Shown here in pieces: positions 13,129 to 28,028 of a DNA stretch of 64,000 nucleotides. The stretch's first letter is position 1; the number at the start of each line of letters is the position of its first letter. Position numbers and translations under genes: made by a program. The DNA is from the human T2T-CHM13v2.0 reference genome, Homo sapiens. The notes beneath the pieces were generated by a model. It did not search any database, was not told the origin of the DNA, and was given only the letters and a program-made list of their open reading frames with translations. The stretch lies in the NCBI RefSeq assembly GCF_009914755.1, contig NC_060928.1; one strand, 5' to 3'.

Positions 13129-16100
13129 CTTTTTGTCTCCAGAAAAAGAAATCTTTGTTTTTATCAACAATGATGTCACAACAATGATGATGTCTGTAGG
13201 ATTCATTCCTTATAATAAAATAAGAGTGTCGAAGTTAGGAAATCTTAATAATTTTGAAAAGATCATAATGTGTCAAACAATATAAAATATGACTATCAGT
13301 GTTTGAAATATTAAAATTCCTAGATTCACTGAATCCCTATCAGAGTCTCACTGAATATTACAGTTTTATTTTGCTTAAAAAGTAATTTTTTTAAATTTAA
13401 ACCGGAATACCATTTTAATTAAATTTGCAACTTATAATGATACATTTTTAAAAAATATATTTCTACCACAAACTGCTTTTAAAATTTCTTTATTCTCTAA
13501 AATTTTAAATCTTCTACAACAGTGTTGTAAAGAGACATAATTGACATGGAAAAATGGAAGAAATTTTTTAAAATATTGAGCCTAATTTATATAATATGTA
13601 TAATAAATTAGACAAGGCAAATCAACTAGCAAGTGATGGATTATTTTAAAGTATTAAGCATCTATAATAATAATAATGAGTTATTAACTTACCAGTCATA
13701 TACTGCAATTGACTTCAGATGAACTAGGAAATTGAAGAAAATAAACTCTTTCAAATAATATATTAAAATTTTGCTTTCAACTAACAAACTCTTTTAATAT
13801 TTCCCATTGAAAATATTTTTCACCAGTGGCCTTTTATCCATAGCATGTTTAGAACAATTATTTTCTTCTTTACTGCTGCTTTTATAGGCCCCATTTTTTT
13901 GCATAGCTGCTTTTCACAGTCAACCTTGAAATATTTGAGAATTTCCCTAGTTTACAGTTTCTAGGTTGTCTGTGTATATAGAGATTTTGCTCTCCTCAGT
14001 GTCATTTACCATTCTAAAAATTTTCAACCAGAGTGATGATTGATATCTAAGTAATTTTAGACAAATATTTGGTAGGCATGCAAACATTCATCATATTTTA
14101 TGGTTCTTAAATGAAAGTTCATGAATATATTTTTGCTATTCGTGAAGTGTGTTTGAGAATATTTGTTTTTATTTCATCCTTGCTATTCTAAAACAATAAT
14201 CACATTTGAAATAATCTAGATGACTACATTAAAACAGTGTATTACTACATGATTTCAGAGCCTATATTTTCACCTATCACTATATTCCATAAAAATCTAT
14301 TTTTCAATTGATGTTTCTTATTTGTAGTAGTAATTGCAGTTGAAAAAGATTTCTGTAGATTCAGGCTGTGATTATTTAAGGAATTTAATACACTGACATT
14401 TCTATTTGATATCAGGAAAATAATCTGGTAATTTATCATTTTAATTTTAATGGTTTATGGGAAAATAGAGTACGCTTAATATGTAAATAATATTTTAATT
14501 AAATGTAGCGATCTAATATCATCAAACACTGCATAAAAAAGGTTTTATAATAGTTTTACCATCATAGAAATAATTTTCAATATTATAGTTGTTTCTTGAG
14601 TAGATTTTATGTTCTCCCTGTCATTAGAAATGCTTTATTAATTTAGAGAAGAGTTTTTAAATAAGCAATATTTTGTTTTTACTTTTGCATTTGGAGACAT
14701 TCCACTAAGTTAATTGTTTCATCAATTAATAGTCTAGTGCTTACAAGTTTCTCATATAAAGGAAAAAGTGCTTATAATGACAATGATAATTATTAAATTG
14801 ATGATTCTTTACTCTCAAAAGCAAAAGTTTGATTTGACAAATAAAATACGTAGAAAAAAATACAATTTTAGTATTAAATACAACATTGGTAATGTTTTTT
14901 CAAACACTAAACAATGTAACTTACGTTGTCATAATAATCATAATAATAGTACTTATTTTTACTCATTTTGTATTTTTAAAATAGTTTGCAGGGTTTTTTA
15001 AAGATTTAAAATATACAATAGCAAAAAGCCTAAAGGAATCTAATGTACATTTATGTGTAATGTAGAAAAAAAATTGGAATTCTATCCACTAATTATAAAT
15101 GTCTGTTCTGGTTTTTGAAAAGCTTTTTCTAAATTATTCAAATGTGAAAATCTAATTATATGTTGCAGAACTAGAGTCTCATATTTCTGATGCTAGTTCC
15201 TTTCAAAGTGAAAAGTATGCATTTCCCTAGACATCTTTTTATAATTTCCAGCATTTTTTGTAACAATTTATAAAATATTACAACCTTTATGGTACATCAT
15301 TTCCAATTCTCTTTCTCGTCCTTATTTGCTACTGAATTCATATTTAGGAATCTAAGGATATTTATTTACATGTCAATATACATATTATTCGTCACTTTTT
15401 AAAATATCTTGATTATACAGTCACTGACAGACGTTTAAATTTTCATTGAAGAAATCTTAAAATATTGAATTCGTTTTGTTCCCTAGAGATAAAAAAATCA
15501 TTTCCTTATATAAGTTTAAAAAGGTTTTATAAATTCAAAATTAATACTGACAGTAAAGTAGTTTAAATTTTCCAAAAGTATTTCCAATGAAACACGCAGT
15601 TTTGGAAGTTAATAATAATGATGATAATAGGTGCTTTCTATGACTCAGCTGAGTTATATGCAGTGAGAGATGTTATAAAATTTAGTAGAACAGGCATTTA
15701 GTAGAACACTGTCTTGTCATCTAATCATATGGAGCATAGAGGAAATTTCCACTGCACTGTAAGAAATGCAAAATTTATGTGCATTTGCCCGATAGCATCC
15801 TCTCAAGAATTAAACACACATGCCCCTTCTGGCCTATTAAACATATTTTCTATATTAACTTTTTCCTTTCCTATTTATTATTATAAACTATAAGTGATTT
15901 TTGGTTGGTTTAGTTTTTGTTTTGTTTGTTATGCAAAAGAGAAGCAGCTCCTTAGAGCTGTCAAAATGTTTCCTTGCCAGGATTATTTTGAAAAGTGATG
16001 TCATATGGGTACGAAAATCGTATTTGAAAAACATATGTCAATTAAAATCACTATTTCTCTCCAAAATTAATAACAGTCTATATTCCCAAAATTGACTAGC

Positions 16101-16266
16101 GGAATGTTAAGTGGTGTGTAGTTCAAAATAAGAGCCCACAAACTGAAGTCAGACAATTATCATTCATTAGGAATGTCTCACACTGAAACAGATGTATTAT
16201 AGAAGCCTGAGTTCTCAAAATTTTATGTTAAGTATTTATTTACTTTTCGTATTCTGGCCAATCTTT

Positions 16267-16440
16267 GTTTTTCTTTTTTGTTTGTTTGTTTTTGTTTTGT
16301 TTTGTTTTGTTTTTGTATTTTTAGTAGAGACGGGGTTTCACCGTGTTAGCCAGGATGGTCTGGATCTCCTGACCTCGTGATCCGCCCACCTCGGCCTCCC
16401 AAAGTGCTGGGACCACAGGCGTGAGCCACCGCGCTTGGCC
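16267..16440 (-). mobile_element. Alu left monomer only (AluY-like) with (AAAAC)n tail
   Basis: Alu positions ~1-130 only, CpG-rich; 17-bp TSD TATTCTGGCCAATCTTT at 16250-16266 and 16441-16457. Confidence 0.95.
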
Positions 16441-17669
16441 TATTCTGGCCAATCTTTTAAAGAAAATTGTACATCTACCACATTAGTCTGAGACAACTAA
16501 AAAAGAAGAGCAATACTGGATGCTATAAGGGTGAACATAGATGTCATAGTCATTTCATTCTTACTATTCCACGATATATGTTCTACTAAAATTCTTTTTC
16601 AAAATATGTATTCTTATTATGCATCACTGATCATAAAATTTATACATTATATTAACTTTGGAAAAATTCATTGTAGTGATTGTATTTGATAGTATTCTAA
16701 TTTTCTGTTATTTCCTACTTTGAATTTTCCCAATACATCTTTATGTAGAAATGAGAAGACATTATATTTTTTTATGTCCACCACATGCAGCAGCAGGGAA
16801 TGTGGGGCTCAGACTTGTTGCATTGAAAGCTTGAGTAGAACTGACAATTCAGAGAGAAATAATCCAGGGAATAGCTAAATTACATACCAAGTAAATGCAA
16901 CGTAATAAATTAGACAGTTTAAGTCTGGTTTGATTTTTCCCCAGTTTAAAATTGAGGAAAAGAGAGTGAGTCTGATTCTGTCCCCATTTAAGGTAAAATC
17001 TCTAACTGCATTTTATTTGAAGGGTACACAGAGGGTTTGGTAGTAATAAAGGTAAAAGCAACATTACTCAAGTCCAATCATCATTTTTGTTTAAACTTTG
17101 AACATAGAAACTTACGTTTGTATCCTGTTTCATGGGAAAATAGGCTTGCTTTACTTATAAAGAGTATATTGAAATTTAATCTCATCATCCATATGTGTAA
17201 CAAACCATAAAAATCAAACGAAGGATTATTTTTATTAAACTTTGCCGAATTATTCAAATTTTCTGAATTCTAATAACATTTGCATGATAGAACCTATGAA
17301 TACTAATAATCCTGTTGAAAGCCTGTTTATTAGTATTGATTTTGTTCGTTCAAAACTGGTTACTCTATATTAAATTTCTACTTTGGAGTACTATGTAAAA
17401 TTCTCTTTCTAGAAAAAGTGATTTTGTGACATTTTTGTTTGTGTTATTTGATTAGCCCTTAGATTCTTCTAAGCAAATAGACAAACATTTTATAAAGAAA
17501 AGAAGTCTTTACCCAATGATTGCTCAGAGTAGCTACTTCTTAGTTAGTATGAAATAAAAAAGTACGGTAACTCTTAGAAGCAAATTTAGGAGTAAGTCTT
17601 TGTGACTTTAAGTAATTAAGTAATGATATTTCTTTATGATTTTGGGCTTAGGAAATGATTTCTTAGCTA

Positions 17670-18120
17670 TTAAGTGAAATGTTAATAATAGCATTATTTA
17701 TCATAGTCAAAAAGTGGAAATAATATAAATGTCAATCAACTATGATGTATCTATACAATGGAATATTATTTAGCAGTAAAAACAATGAAGTACTGATACA
17801 GAGACGAATCTCAAAAAACAGTAAGCTAAGTAAAAGAAGACAATCACAAAATACCATATATTGTATGATTCCATTTATTTGAAATGTCCAGGATGGTCAA
17901 ATCTGTAGATAAAGTAGATTACCAGCTTACTATCTTTGGTGAGAAGGAATGGGGAGTAACTGCTAATGGATTTAGGGTTTCTTTTGGGGGGATGACTTTC
18001 TAAAATTAGATTGATGATGATTACACAACGCATGAATATGCTAAAACTGTTGAATTGTTCACTTTAATTTGGTGAGTTTTGTGGCATGTGAATTATATTT
18101 CAATAAAGCTGTTTTTAAAA
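17670..18120 (+). mobile_element. L1MB-type 3' end
   Basis: GCATTATTTATCATAGTCAAAAAGTGGAAA...TATTGTATGATTCCATTTATTTGAAATGTCCAG...TGAATTATATTTCAATAAAGCTG. Confidence 0.85.
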
Positions 18121-18824
18121 CGGTACAGAAAAACAGGGCTGTAAAACCTGGATGAAAGAAAAGTTAAAATAGTTCAAAATAAAGAGAAGTACAGTGTTCT
18201 TGATAGATAGCTGAAAGCTGCAAAGCAGAATCAAGGTGGTGCTTCAAGAACAAAGCTATGTGTATCTTTTGGGTGTGGCCGCACCATTTGGATCACTGAG
18301 GGGCAAGGTAGGAGCATATGATGTGTTGTTGCATAGAGGCTAAGTTAGAAGGGAGGTCTTCCTATAAAATGGAGGCATCTAGAAGACAACAGCTTCCGCA
18401 GATCGAGGCAGGGTGGAGAGACTGTCTCACTTTAGGAAATGGTGGCCTGTCTCCTTCTTCCTGCTGTAGTTCTGAATAGGGCAGGAAAAAAAATCTTCCC
18501 TGCAAGTAACTAATCATAAATTTGAGCTCATGTTGACCTGGAGTTCAAATTCACACTGTTTTCACTAAAATACCTTTTCTCACACTCTTCGCATTCTCTC
18601 CTCCTATGCTTGGAAAACAATCATAGTAATTAGTTTTTAAAACCAATGTTTAAAAATGTGTTTAAAATTTTGCCCTTTGGGTCCTGTCCCCTCTGCAACT
18701 ATCAGAATGAAAATTATTTATGAAAAAACAGACTTAAGATAATACCACAAATAGAATTACCATACAAACAGGACTTAGTAAAAATACTAACAAACGGGAA
18801 AAACAGAGCTCAATTAGGAAGAGT

Positions 18825-19469
<645 letters not shown>

Positions 19470-19724
19470 GAAGAGTCAGTGGAAAGAAAAGAAAGAAAAA
19501 CATAAACTTCAGAATGAAGCCTGTAGAAAATGAAGATTTTGAACTTATCAGGAAAGTAAATATAACATTAGTTTCAAAAAAATTAATGTAGATGAAAAGT
19601 ATAATGACCAAAGATGAGACAAATATTTACCAAATTGAAATAAAGATGAAATAATTAAAATAAAAAATTCAATGGAGAGTTTTCACATTGCATTGGTACC
19701 TATCAATCATATAAATAGTTGGAA

Positions 19725-19960
19725 TCATTTTATGCCAGATATTACGCCAGGTGTTTTATGTGCTTTTTGTCATTTCCTACTTTGAAATAACTCTACAAGG
19801 TTTGTGCTATTATTATCCCCATTTCACAGATAAGGAAGCTGAGAGGGAAAAAAGGGGGATGAGGTGAACTAACTTATCTACAGTCACATAGCTAGTAAGC
19901 CAGGAATTGAACAAATGAATTGTGACTCCTGAGTTTGCACTTTTATTCATTTTACTTTAC
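19725..19960 (-). mobile_element. MIR SINE
   Basis: MIR core TATTATTATCCCCATTTCACAGATAAGGAAGCTGAG...GTCACATAGCTAGTAAG. Confidence 0.85.
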
Positions 19961-20321
19961 TGTTTGGCAAAAGATAATACAAATGAACAAATAAGTGGAT
20001 GTTATAAAGTATGAAATTTTAACTTGTTGACATAGGAAGCAACAGAGAGAGATAAAAACTTTAGAAAAATAGTTATATTTAGAAATATAAGACATACCAA
20101 TTTAGAAATTGTAGGGTGATCAAAATTTATAACAATGTGTAATTATATAATTGTAGATATAGTTGCAATATAAATATTACAAGTGTTATTTTTCATATAA
20201 AAAAGTCATTCTTATCCCTTATCCTATATTTTCTGCATGACTCTAAAGCACTTGAGATTGTATATACTTTCTGTTTATTTGTTTATTATCTCTCTAGTTT
20301 CACTAGTAAATTCCTTAAAAA

Positions 20322-20419
20322 CAGATTTCCCAAAGTGTATAACATGGAATATTAGCCCTACAAGATTTTGTATAAAACAAAAAAAAATTTTCATTGAATA
20401 AGAAGTTTGGAAAATACTG
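20322..20419. mobile_element. Small hAT-Charlie-type DNA transposon remnant
   Basis: Imperfect terminal inverted repeats CAGATTTCCCAAA ... TTTGGAAAATACTG. Confidence 0.45.
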
Positions 20420-21049
20420 CATCACAGCCACAAAATTATTATCTTGCTCTCAAACAAAACAAAACAAAAGAAAGAAAAATCAGGCCCCGAAACAATTGAT
20501 ATCAGAAAGAACTAGTACTCATCAGAATCTACCTTCTGAAAAGTTTTTCAAACAGATCAGCAAGTATGTAATGATTTGAATAACCAAATAGGGAATAGGA
20601 ATATACACCAAAAAAAGCCAAAGCTTTGGATAGATAAGAACGACTGTTACTCAATAAGTTATAACAAGAGCATGTTAGTGATACGTATTTGTGGAATCCC
20701 TGTAAACAGACCCAGGTAGCAGAGGCACATAATCTTACATAGTTCAGTTCTCTTGTTTTATATGCCAATAACAGTCTCTAACCTTTCCTTTAAGGTAGCT
20801 CTACTACCAAAAATATGCAGTGTAATGAAAAATATTAAGAAAATTGTTTTATAAAAAAGTAATGGAGAGGCCATAGAACAAAAAGAAAGATAATCAGAAG
20901 AGAAAGTTAGTTACCTTTAAGATAGTTCTGAAAAAAAAAAATACACCAAATGCCAGAGACATATACGAGAAGATATATAGCCGGGGGCAGGGTGGGGGGT
21001 GGGTGGCAGTTGGGGAAGAAACATAAGAACAGAATGAGAAGGTATGTCA

Positions 21050-21990
21050 CCATATATCTATTCATATTGCTAGAATATTGAGAATCTGGACAGATAATAT
21101 TCAAGAATATAATGCCAGAAAGTTTTTCACATTTTGTAAAAGACATGAAACATCAGATGTAAGAATACAACAATTTGTAAATAGACACAAATAAATAAAG
21201 CTAAATAAGTTGATATGAGGTAAAAATTTGTTATAGTAAAAATTCAGAATGCCACAGTAAAAGAAAATATATTAAAGCAACCAGTGAATATAAAAAAGAA
21301 AGAAATGACAATTAAATTGAAAGGTACATTCTCAATAGCAATTCCAGAAGCTGAAGATAGCATATTTTCAAAAATGTAACTGAAAAGTGGAATGGTATCA
21401 TAAGAAATGAAATAACTCCAAATCCAAAATTCTATAGTCTAAAATATCTTTCAAGAATTAGGACAAAATACATTTTCAGATAAACAGAGAATTGAAGAGG
21501 AAGAAAAATTATCACAGGAAAGCTTGAGATGCAGAAATAAATGATTCCCAAAGAAATGGTGAAATTTAACAGCAAAACTAAACAAACATAGAAGACATAA
21601 AAAGAGGAGTAAAGTCAATACGATTCTGCATCTATATATATCAATGGCGTTTGGTTGGAAGAAGCTGTTTTCTAAATTACCTTTACTTAATTTTTCTTAG
21701 TTTTTAGTTTTATGTAAAAGACTGTATTAGTCAACTTTTGGTATTGTTAAAGTATACATAAGCTTAAATTGCTTAGGTTAACTTTAGAAGAATATTAATA
21801 GAAATTATAACTGCAAGTTAGGACAGACGGAAACTGTTTAAATAGATCAATGAATACAATAATTAAGGATAAAAAAGAAAATAAATATGACAAATTGAAA
21901 TAATTATTAAGATAGTAAAAGTTTTTGAAAGCATATCAGTCATTAAAATCAATATAAATGGGTTTACATATCCAGTTAGCAAAAAATAAT
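21050..21990 (+). mobile_element. Ancient L1 ORF1/ORF2-start remnant
   Basis: Degenerate segments CATTCTCAATAGCAATTCCAGAAGCTGAAGA, AAAATATCTTTCAAGAAT...CATTTTCAGATAAACA, CATATCAGTCATTAAAATCAATATAAATGGGT. Confidence 0.55.
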
Positions 21991-22004
21991 TGTATGTATC
22001 TAGA

Positions 22005-22482
22005 ATTTTTTTTAACTTTTATGTTAAGTTCAGGGTACAAGTGAAGGTTTATGACACAGGTAAACTTGTGTCGTGGGGGTTTGTTGTACAGATTATTTCA
22101 TCACCCAGGTATTAAGCCTAGTACCCATTAGTTGTTTTACCTTATCCTCTTCCTCCTTCCAGCCTCCACCCTCCGAAAGGCCCCAGTGTGTGTTGTTCCC
22201 CTCTGTGTGTCCACATGTTCTCATCATTTAGCTCCCACTTATAAGTGAGAACATTGAGTATTTGGTTTTCTGCTCCTGTGTTAGTTTGTTAAAGATAATG
22301 GCCTCCAGATCCATGTCTCTGCAAAGGACATGATCTCATTTTTTATGACTGCATAGTATTCCCTGGTGTATATGTACCACATTTTCTTTATCCTGTCTAT
22401 CACCGGTGGACATTTATGTTGATTCGATGTCTTTGCTATTGTGAATAGTGCAGCAATGAACATACGCATGCATATGCTTTTT
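22005..22482 (-). mobile_element. L1PA (older, L1PA13-like) 3' end, 5' truncated
   Basis: L1PA 3' UTR and ORF2 end; track ORF 22281-22520 reads RMFIAALFTIAKT...KKMWYIYT.EYYA.IK as in the L1 ORF2 C-terminus. Confidence 0.92.
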
Positions 22483-23269
22483 ACAAACCCCAAATTCCAG
22501 AAACATAAGATTAAAAACATTTCAAAGTAAAAGGGTGCTGTTTTAAAATAAAGTAGAGGTCAGAAGAAATCTATTGCAATGGGCAATTCTTCTCAGTAGT
22601 CCTAGGAATGAAATAGACGGCAACTAAATATATTTATTAATTACCACAATTAGAAAAAAATATAGATGTATAGTCCAAAAACTTGACTAACATTTTCATA
22701 ATTGAAAATCAGTTTTTCATCTTGTTTTCAGGCATAATTTAATTTACATTCTGGAAAACTTTTGACGGAAAGAATATTGGGTCTCTTTTCAAAAGGAAAC
22801 TGAAACACTGCCACACATATATGTGTAAATCCTCCTCGGCAAACAGCCAATGCGCTCTGCATTGATTTACCAAGATGCGTGTGCATGGGAGTAGGAAAAT
22901 TTGCAAACATTTTAGTAATTATGAGACATGATCTTAGTTCTGATCCATTTTCAACTAGATAGACAAGAGGATTATGGAGTTCAGGTGACATAATGGAATT
23001 TTGTCTCAAACAAGCCTCACAATTTTTCAATGTGTCTTATCTCAAGAGTCTGGCTATTTCTTCAGTTTCTGAATGCATTTTAAGAATAGACAGCCTTTTT
23101 TAGATTCTCCATATTGGCTCAGTAACCTATGGACTATGGCTATTATTGCAGGAAAAGCTAAATAGAAGCCTTGGTAAATTCATCTACACACCAAAATATT
23201 AAACTAAATGTAACATTGATTTTGTGAGGGAGTTGTAGAACAGTGAAGTCACCAAATGCTTATATATAT

Positions 23270-24130
23270 AGAGAGAGAGAGCTGGTGGTTTCTATCAGAT
23301 CGTAATTAACTCTCTTGTCTGGTCTGTACAAAAGCCAAATAAATTGAGAATAATGACTGGGGTTTAGTATGACTAAATCATATGGGATTGAGACTGAAGC
23401 TGTTCCAGCTGTGACATCCTTGCTGGATAATGATTATCAGCACAGCTCAGCACCTGACAAGCAGCTATTGATCTTCCATATACCTTCTTAAAAAATCACA
23501 CAAATTACTAAGGAAAGTGCAAAAACTATATATGCATTTACCTGACAGTAACAGCAGTACACCTTATCAATCTTACCTCATATCTAAGTAAATTATCCTG
23601 TTCTCTCTCACAATATAATACACCATATGATTTTGTTTGGACCTATGGATCATGTAGCATAGAGAACTCAAGATATCACAGGCATTTATTTACTAGATTA
23701 CATTTTTTAAAAAATATAAAATTTTAAGAAACATAGTAATATTTCTAAGTTGTGGCTTGTGGCATATCAGGAAGTCCCATGTAATATTAAAAATAGGTTA
23801 TTCTACCTTGCCTTGGACACCACAAGAAGAGAAGGCATGAAGTTCTTTTGGGTTTCTTAGGTTATACTTTGTATGTTACTCTGCTGCATATCCACAGGAA
23901 CACATGAGGCTGCTTGTTTTTTGAGGGACTTGGAAAAAAAAATGCTGCAGGAGTTTAGGTTGTGGCTGAAGTCATTTCATCAATTAGTCTTTATGATGCA
24001 GCAGAAACAATTTTGCTTGAAATATCTATGGATATTAAGTACATTGTATGGCAAACCTGGGAACTTCTAATAGGAAAATCTGAGTGAAGACATCTATGAT
24101 GTTGGAGCAGTTACCACCAACCTCACTGAT
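23270..24130 (+). pseudogene. pol: ERVL reverse-transcriptase remnant, heavily disrupted
   Basis: NSLVWSVQKPN (23308-23340), AAIDL (23461-23475) and YAFT*Q*QQYTL (23531-23566) follow the order of ERVL RT motifs NSPIWPVQKP, AAIDL, FAFTWQGQQYTF. Confidence 0.75.
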
Positions 24131-24910
24131 CAATGTTATCCTTTAAAAAAGATCAGTGTTTTATATATCATAGTTGCAGATAAATGTATAAATCATAAGA
24201 AAATTACACAATACAGTTTCACAAATAAAGCCTCTTTTGCTGAAAATCGTTTATGAAGTTTATCCTTTTTGTCAAATTTTTCTTAGTCTGCTCATGCTCC
24301 CTGTTGCCCACGATCACCCTGTATGGATATACTACAATGTTTGCATCCACCGTATATTGAGAAGATTGCCGTTCCTACAAACAATACTGGTATGAGTATC
24401 CTCACACATGATTTGGTTAACATATGCTTTCGTTTCTTTTGAGTATTTCTTTTGATATAATCAAATAAGAAAAGACTGTATGTCATTAAGACAGTGATAT
24501 TACAGCTTGTGATAACATGGACTTTTCAGTAGCAGCTTTTATGGAATATGAATAAGCTTAAGGGATAGGCCATTAAAATATGGTAGTTACCATAAGATAA
24601 TGTCACCCTTGAAGAGAAACTATGTGCCAGATACAGTCACATGCCTTCAAACACCCAGGAGTGTTGTCACCTGAAAATTATACCTGCTGCTTTTTCAACA
24701 TGGAGAGTGTAAATTTCTTGTATTTAAGTACAGTCATACTCATTTTAGGTATATTTCTCTGATCATAAGAAGACACTGATTAATAATAAGATGTTTACAC
24801 CATTCAAGGTATAGTAATATTGCATAGCTCATTATAATGTGAGGGAAAAATTATTTTATTCTAATAAAAAACAAGAAACAAACCCTCATCTCTTCATTAA
24901 AAAACATATT

Positions 24911-25274
<364 letters not shown>

Positions 25275-26346
25275 TCATAAAAATGTAACTGCTTATGAAA
25301 ATGAATTCGTTATTATAATCACTGATCAGCTTTCTAAAATTTTGTCTCATTAAAAAAGGGTAATCACGTCCTTAATTGTAATGTTTTTATTTCATCCATA
25401 CTCTTTAAAAAGATAGGTATAAGCAAACATAATTAAAGAAAAGTGAATTTAACTGTGGTGTTTTACATCATAAACTTCCAGCTAATATTTCATTAATTGG
25501 TTAATAATTTAAAGACAGAAAATATTTATATGTTATTATAACAGGATAATATAGAAAATATATTCTTTTTATAAAGCAAATCATTTAAGACCCTTTCATG
25601 ATTGTTCTGAACAATTTTAAGATAAAATAATTATCTATAAATTAATTTAATATTAGGGTGATGGGCATTCTTTCACACAAGCTACTGGATTCTAAGAAGG
25701 AAAAATTGTTTTTCTTTCTTCCTCCCAAACCTCTCAATACTCTAGATGCATTTGAGTATTTTATCTTACAATACATTCTATTTGTTTTTACATTTTCAAG
25801 CAGAGATGCTACAATTTAAATTGCCAAAATAGTAAGAACCTTTAAACACAGCCAGTCAGTTGTAGAACTGATACAGAATATGGTACACGCTATTATTTGT
25901 CTAAAGGGCTTTCCAATGGAATTCACTGCCTCCATTAGGAGAAACACAGGAGATGTGAAAGAAAAATGTTGACACTCTAATCAAATGCCTTACCCAAGTA
26001 AGAATTTTCTATTAGTTTCCAATCTTATCTCAACCAACCATTAAACACTTTCAATTTCAACAACACCCCCTACTGTTACAGCTTGTATTGTTGAATGGAA
26101 AATTGTTCTGTTTATTTTGAAAACTGCTCTAAGTTTTTACTGAAGGTTCAACTTCAACTTACAGCAAAAGTAATGATACAAGTTTACCAACAACTTGAAA
26201 TACAATGGGAACAAAGTTTTCAATTTTATTTCTTTATAAGAAATCCCAAGCCATCGGTTCACTATATTGAAAGAAAACATAAGCAAGAATTACAACAGAC
26301 ATCATCAGAGCCAACAAGAATCTGAATAGATATTTTAAATTATTAT

Positions 26347-26547
26347 CTCTTTCTAATTTTTATTATTATTATTATACTTTAAGTTTTAGGGTACATGTGC
26401 ACAATGTGCAGGTTTGTTACATATGTATACATGTGACATGTTGGTGTGCTGCACCCATTAACTCGTCATTTAGCATTAGGTTTATCTCCTAATGCTATCC
26501 CTCCCCGCTCCCCCCCACCCCACAACAGTCCCCAGAGTGTGATGTTC
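26347..26547 (-). mobile_element. Young L1PA (L1PA2-4-like) extreme 3' end, ~200 bp
   Basis: ATTATACTTTAAGTTTTAGGGTACATGTGCACAATGTGCAGG...CCCCACAACAGTCCCCAGAGTGTGATGTTC. Confidence 0.93.
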
Positions 26548-26780
26548 AAAGGAGCATTTAAATGATGGTTTATTTTCTTTCATTTTTCAGAAAGAGATGA
26601 GTTTATTAAGCTACCTAATTAATGTTTATTTTCAACATTTACTTCAGTATAAGATGTTGGGCATATTGTTCTCTGTAGTGAGTGTGGGTGTATGTGTATG
26701 TGTATGTATAAGTTTTAAGAAAACTTAATAACATGTTCTAAACCATTAACATTAGTCTTCCCATAGAGCAACAGCTGTGC

Positions 26781-27258
26781 TGTGGCCCTTGATGCCTTGC
26801 AAGTAACCATATAGGATCCACAGGCAAGGCTTAATGACAGTTGACCTAAGTTACTGCAGAATGTCCTGTGAGCGAAGTGAGTCAGCATGAAAGGCTTATG
26901 TTAGCAGGTCAATTTCTCATTTACTTCCATATTTATTATGGAGGCTGTCAAGAGAGTTTCTCATCAGTTTCCGGCTTCTGATGAAGTCTGAGGTTTTGTG
27001 CTTTTCCTTCTTAAGGTACATCTATAGACTTTCAAACTGCATAGCTGCAGCGTGAAATCAGCTCTATAGCAATAGCTTGGCCACTATTGTCTATCATATG
27101 AAGCTTTTTGTTCTATTGTCATTGTGTAGGATAAGGGCATCGGGAGATGACATCTTTGCTATTCTTGCTTTCACTGTCTATGTAAGTAATAAATTATCTG
27201 CATTTGAAAGGAGTTTGTTGCTTCTTCACCAGCCCAATGTGTCAGCGTTAGTTGACAC
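26781..27258 (+). mobile_element. Probable old solo LTR, family unresolved
   Basis: ~480-bp higher-GC block with TG...CA ends and AATAAA at ~27188 about 65 nt before the end. Confidence 0.4.
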
Positions 27259-27736
27259 TGTCTTTCCAAGAAATATCACATGGAGAGTGAATTTACAATA
27301 CTGCTTCATAAAGTGGCCTAAAAAAAACAAAACAGAAACAAAACAAACAAACAAACAAACAAAAAGAGTGTTGGTTATCAGGTCATGTAGTGAAGACATT
27401 TTAAATCAATATAATAGGGGAAAAAAATCCAATATGAGAACTTAAACATGTAGAATTTGAAAGTGTGTGGTTTCTTCAATATTGCCATGATTTTTCCAAG
27501 ATTCATTAGGGAAACTCTTTCACTGTAGATTAGTTAAATCAAAATAAATAGTCCTGTCTTCAAAGAGTTTAGAATGTTTATGAAAGAAGAGATACATTTT
27601 GTAGTTTTTACATCAAATAGAAAAAAAACTGTATTTACACATTCCATATAACACTCCAAGAACGCTGAGCAAACTGAATACCAAATTTTGATTGTCAGAC
27701 TATTTCAAGATTATTTTCATTAAAATTAGGATTGTA

Positions 27737-28028
<292 letters not shown>

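Noticed and set aside
25801-25997. Possible exon (TTTTCAAG acceptor, AA|GTAAGA donor)
   Set aside because: Splice signals are mediocre for AT-rich DNA, the first frame I translated stops early, and there is no other support.
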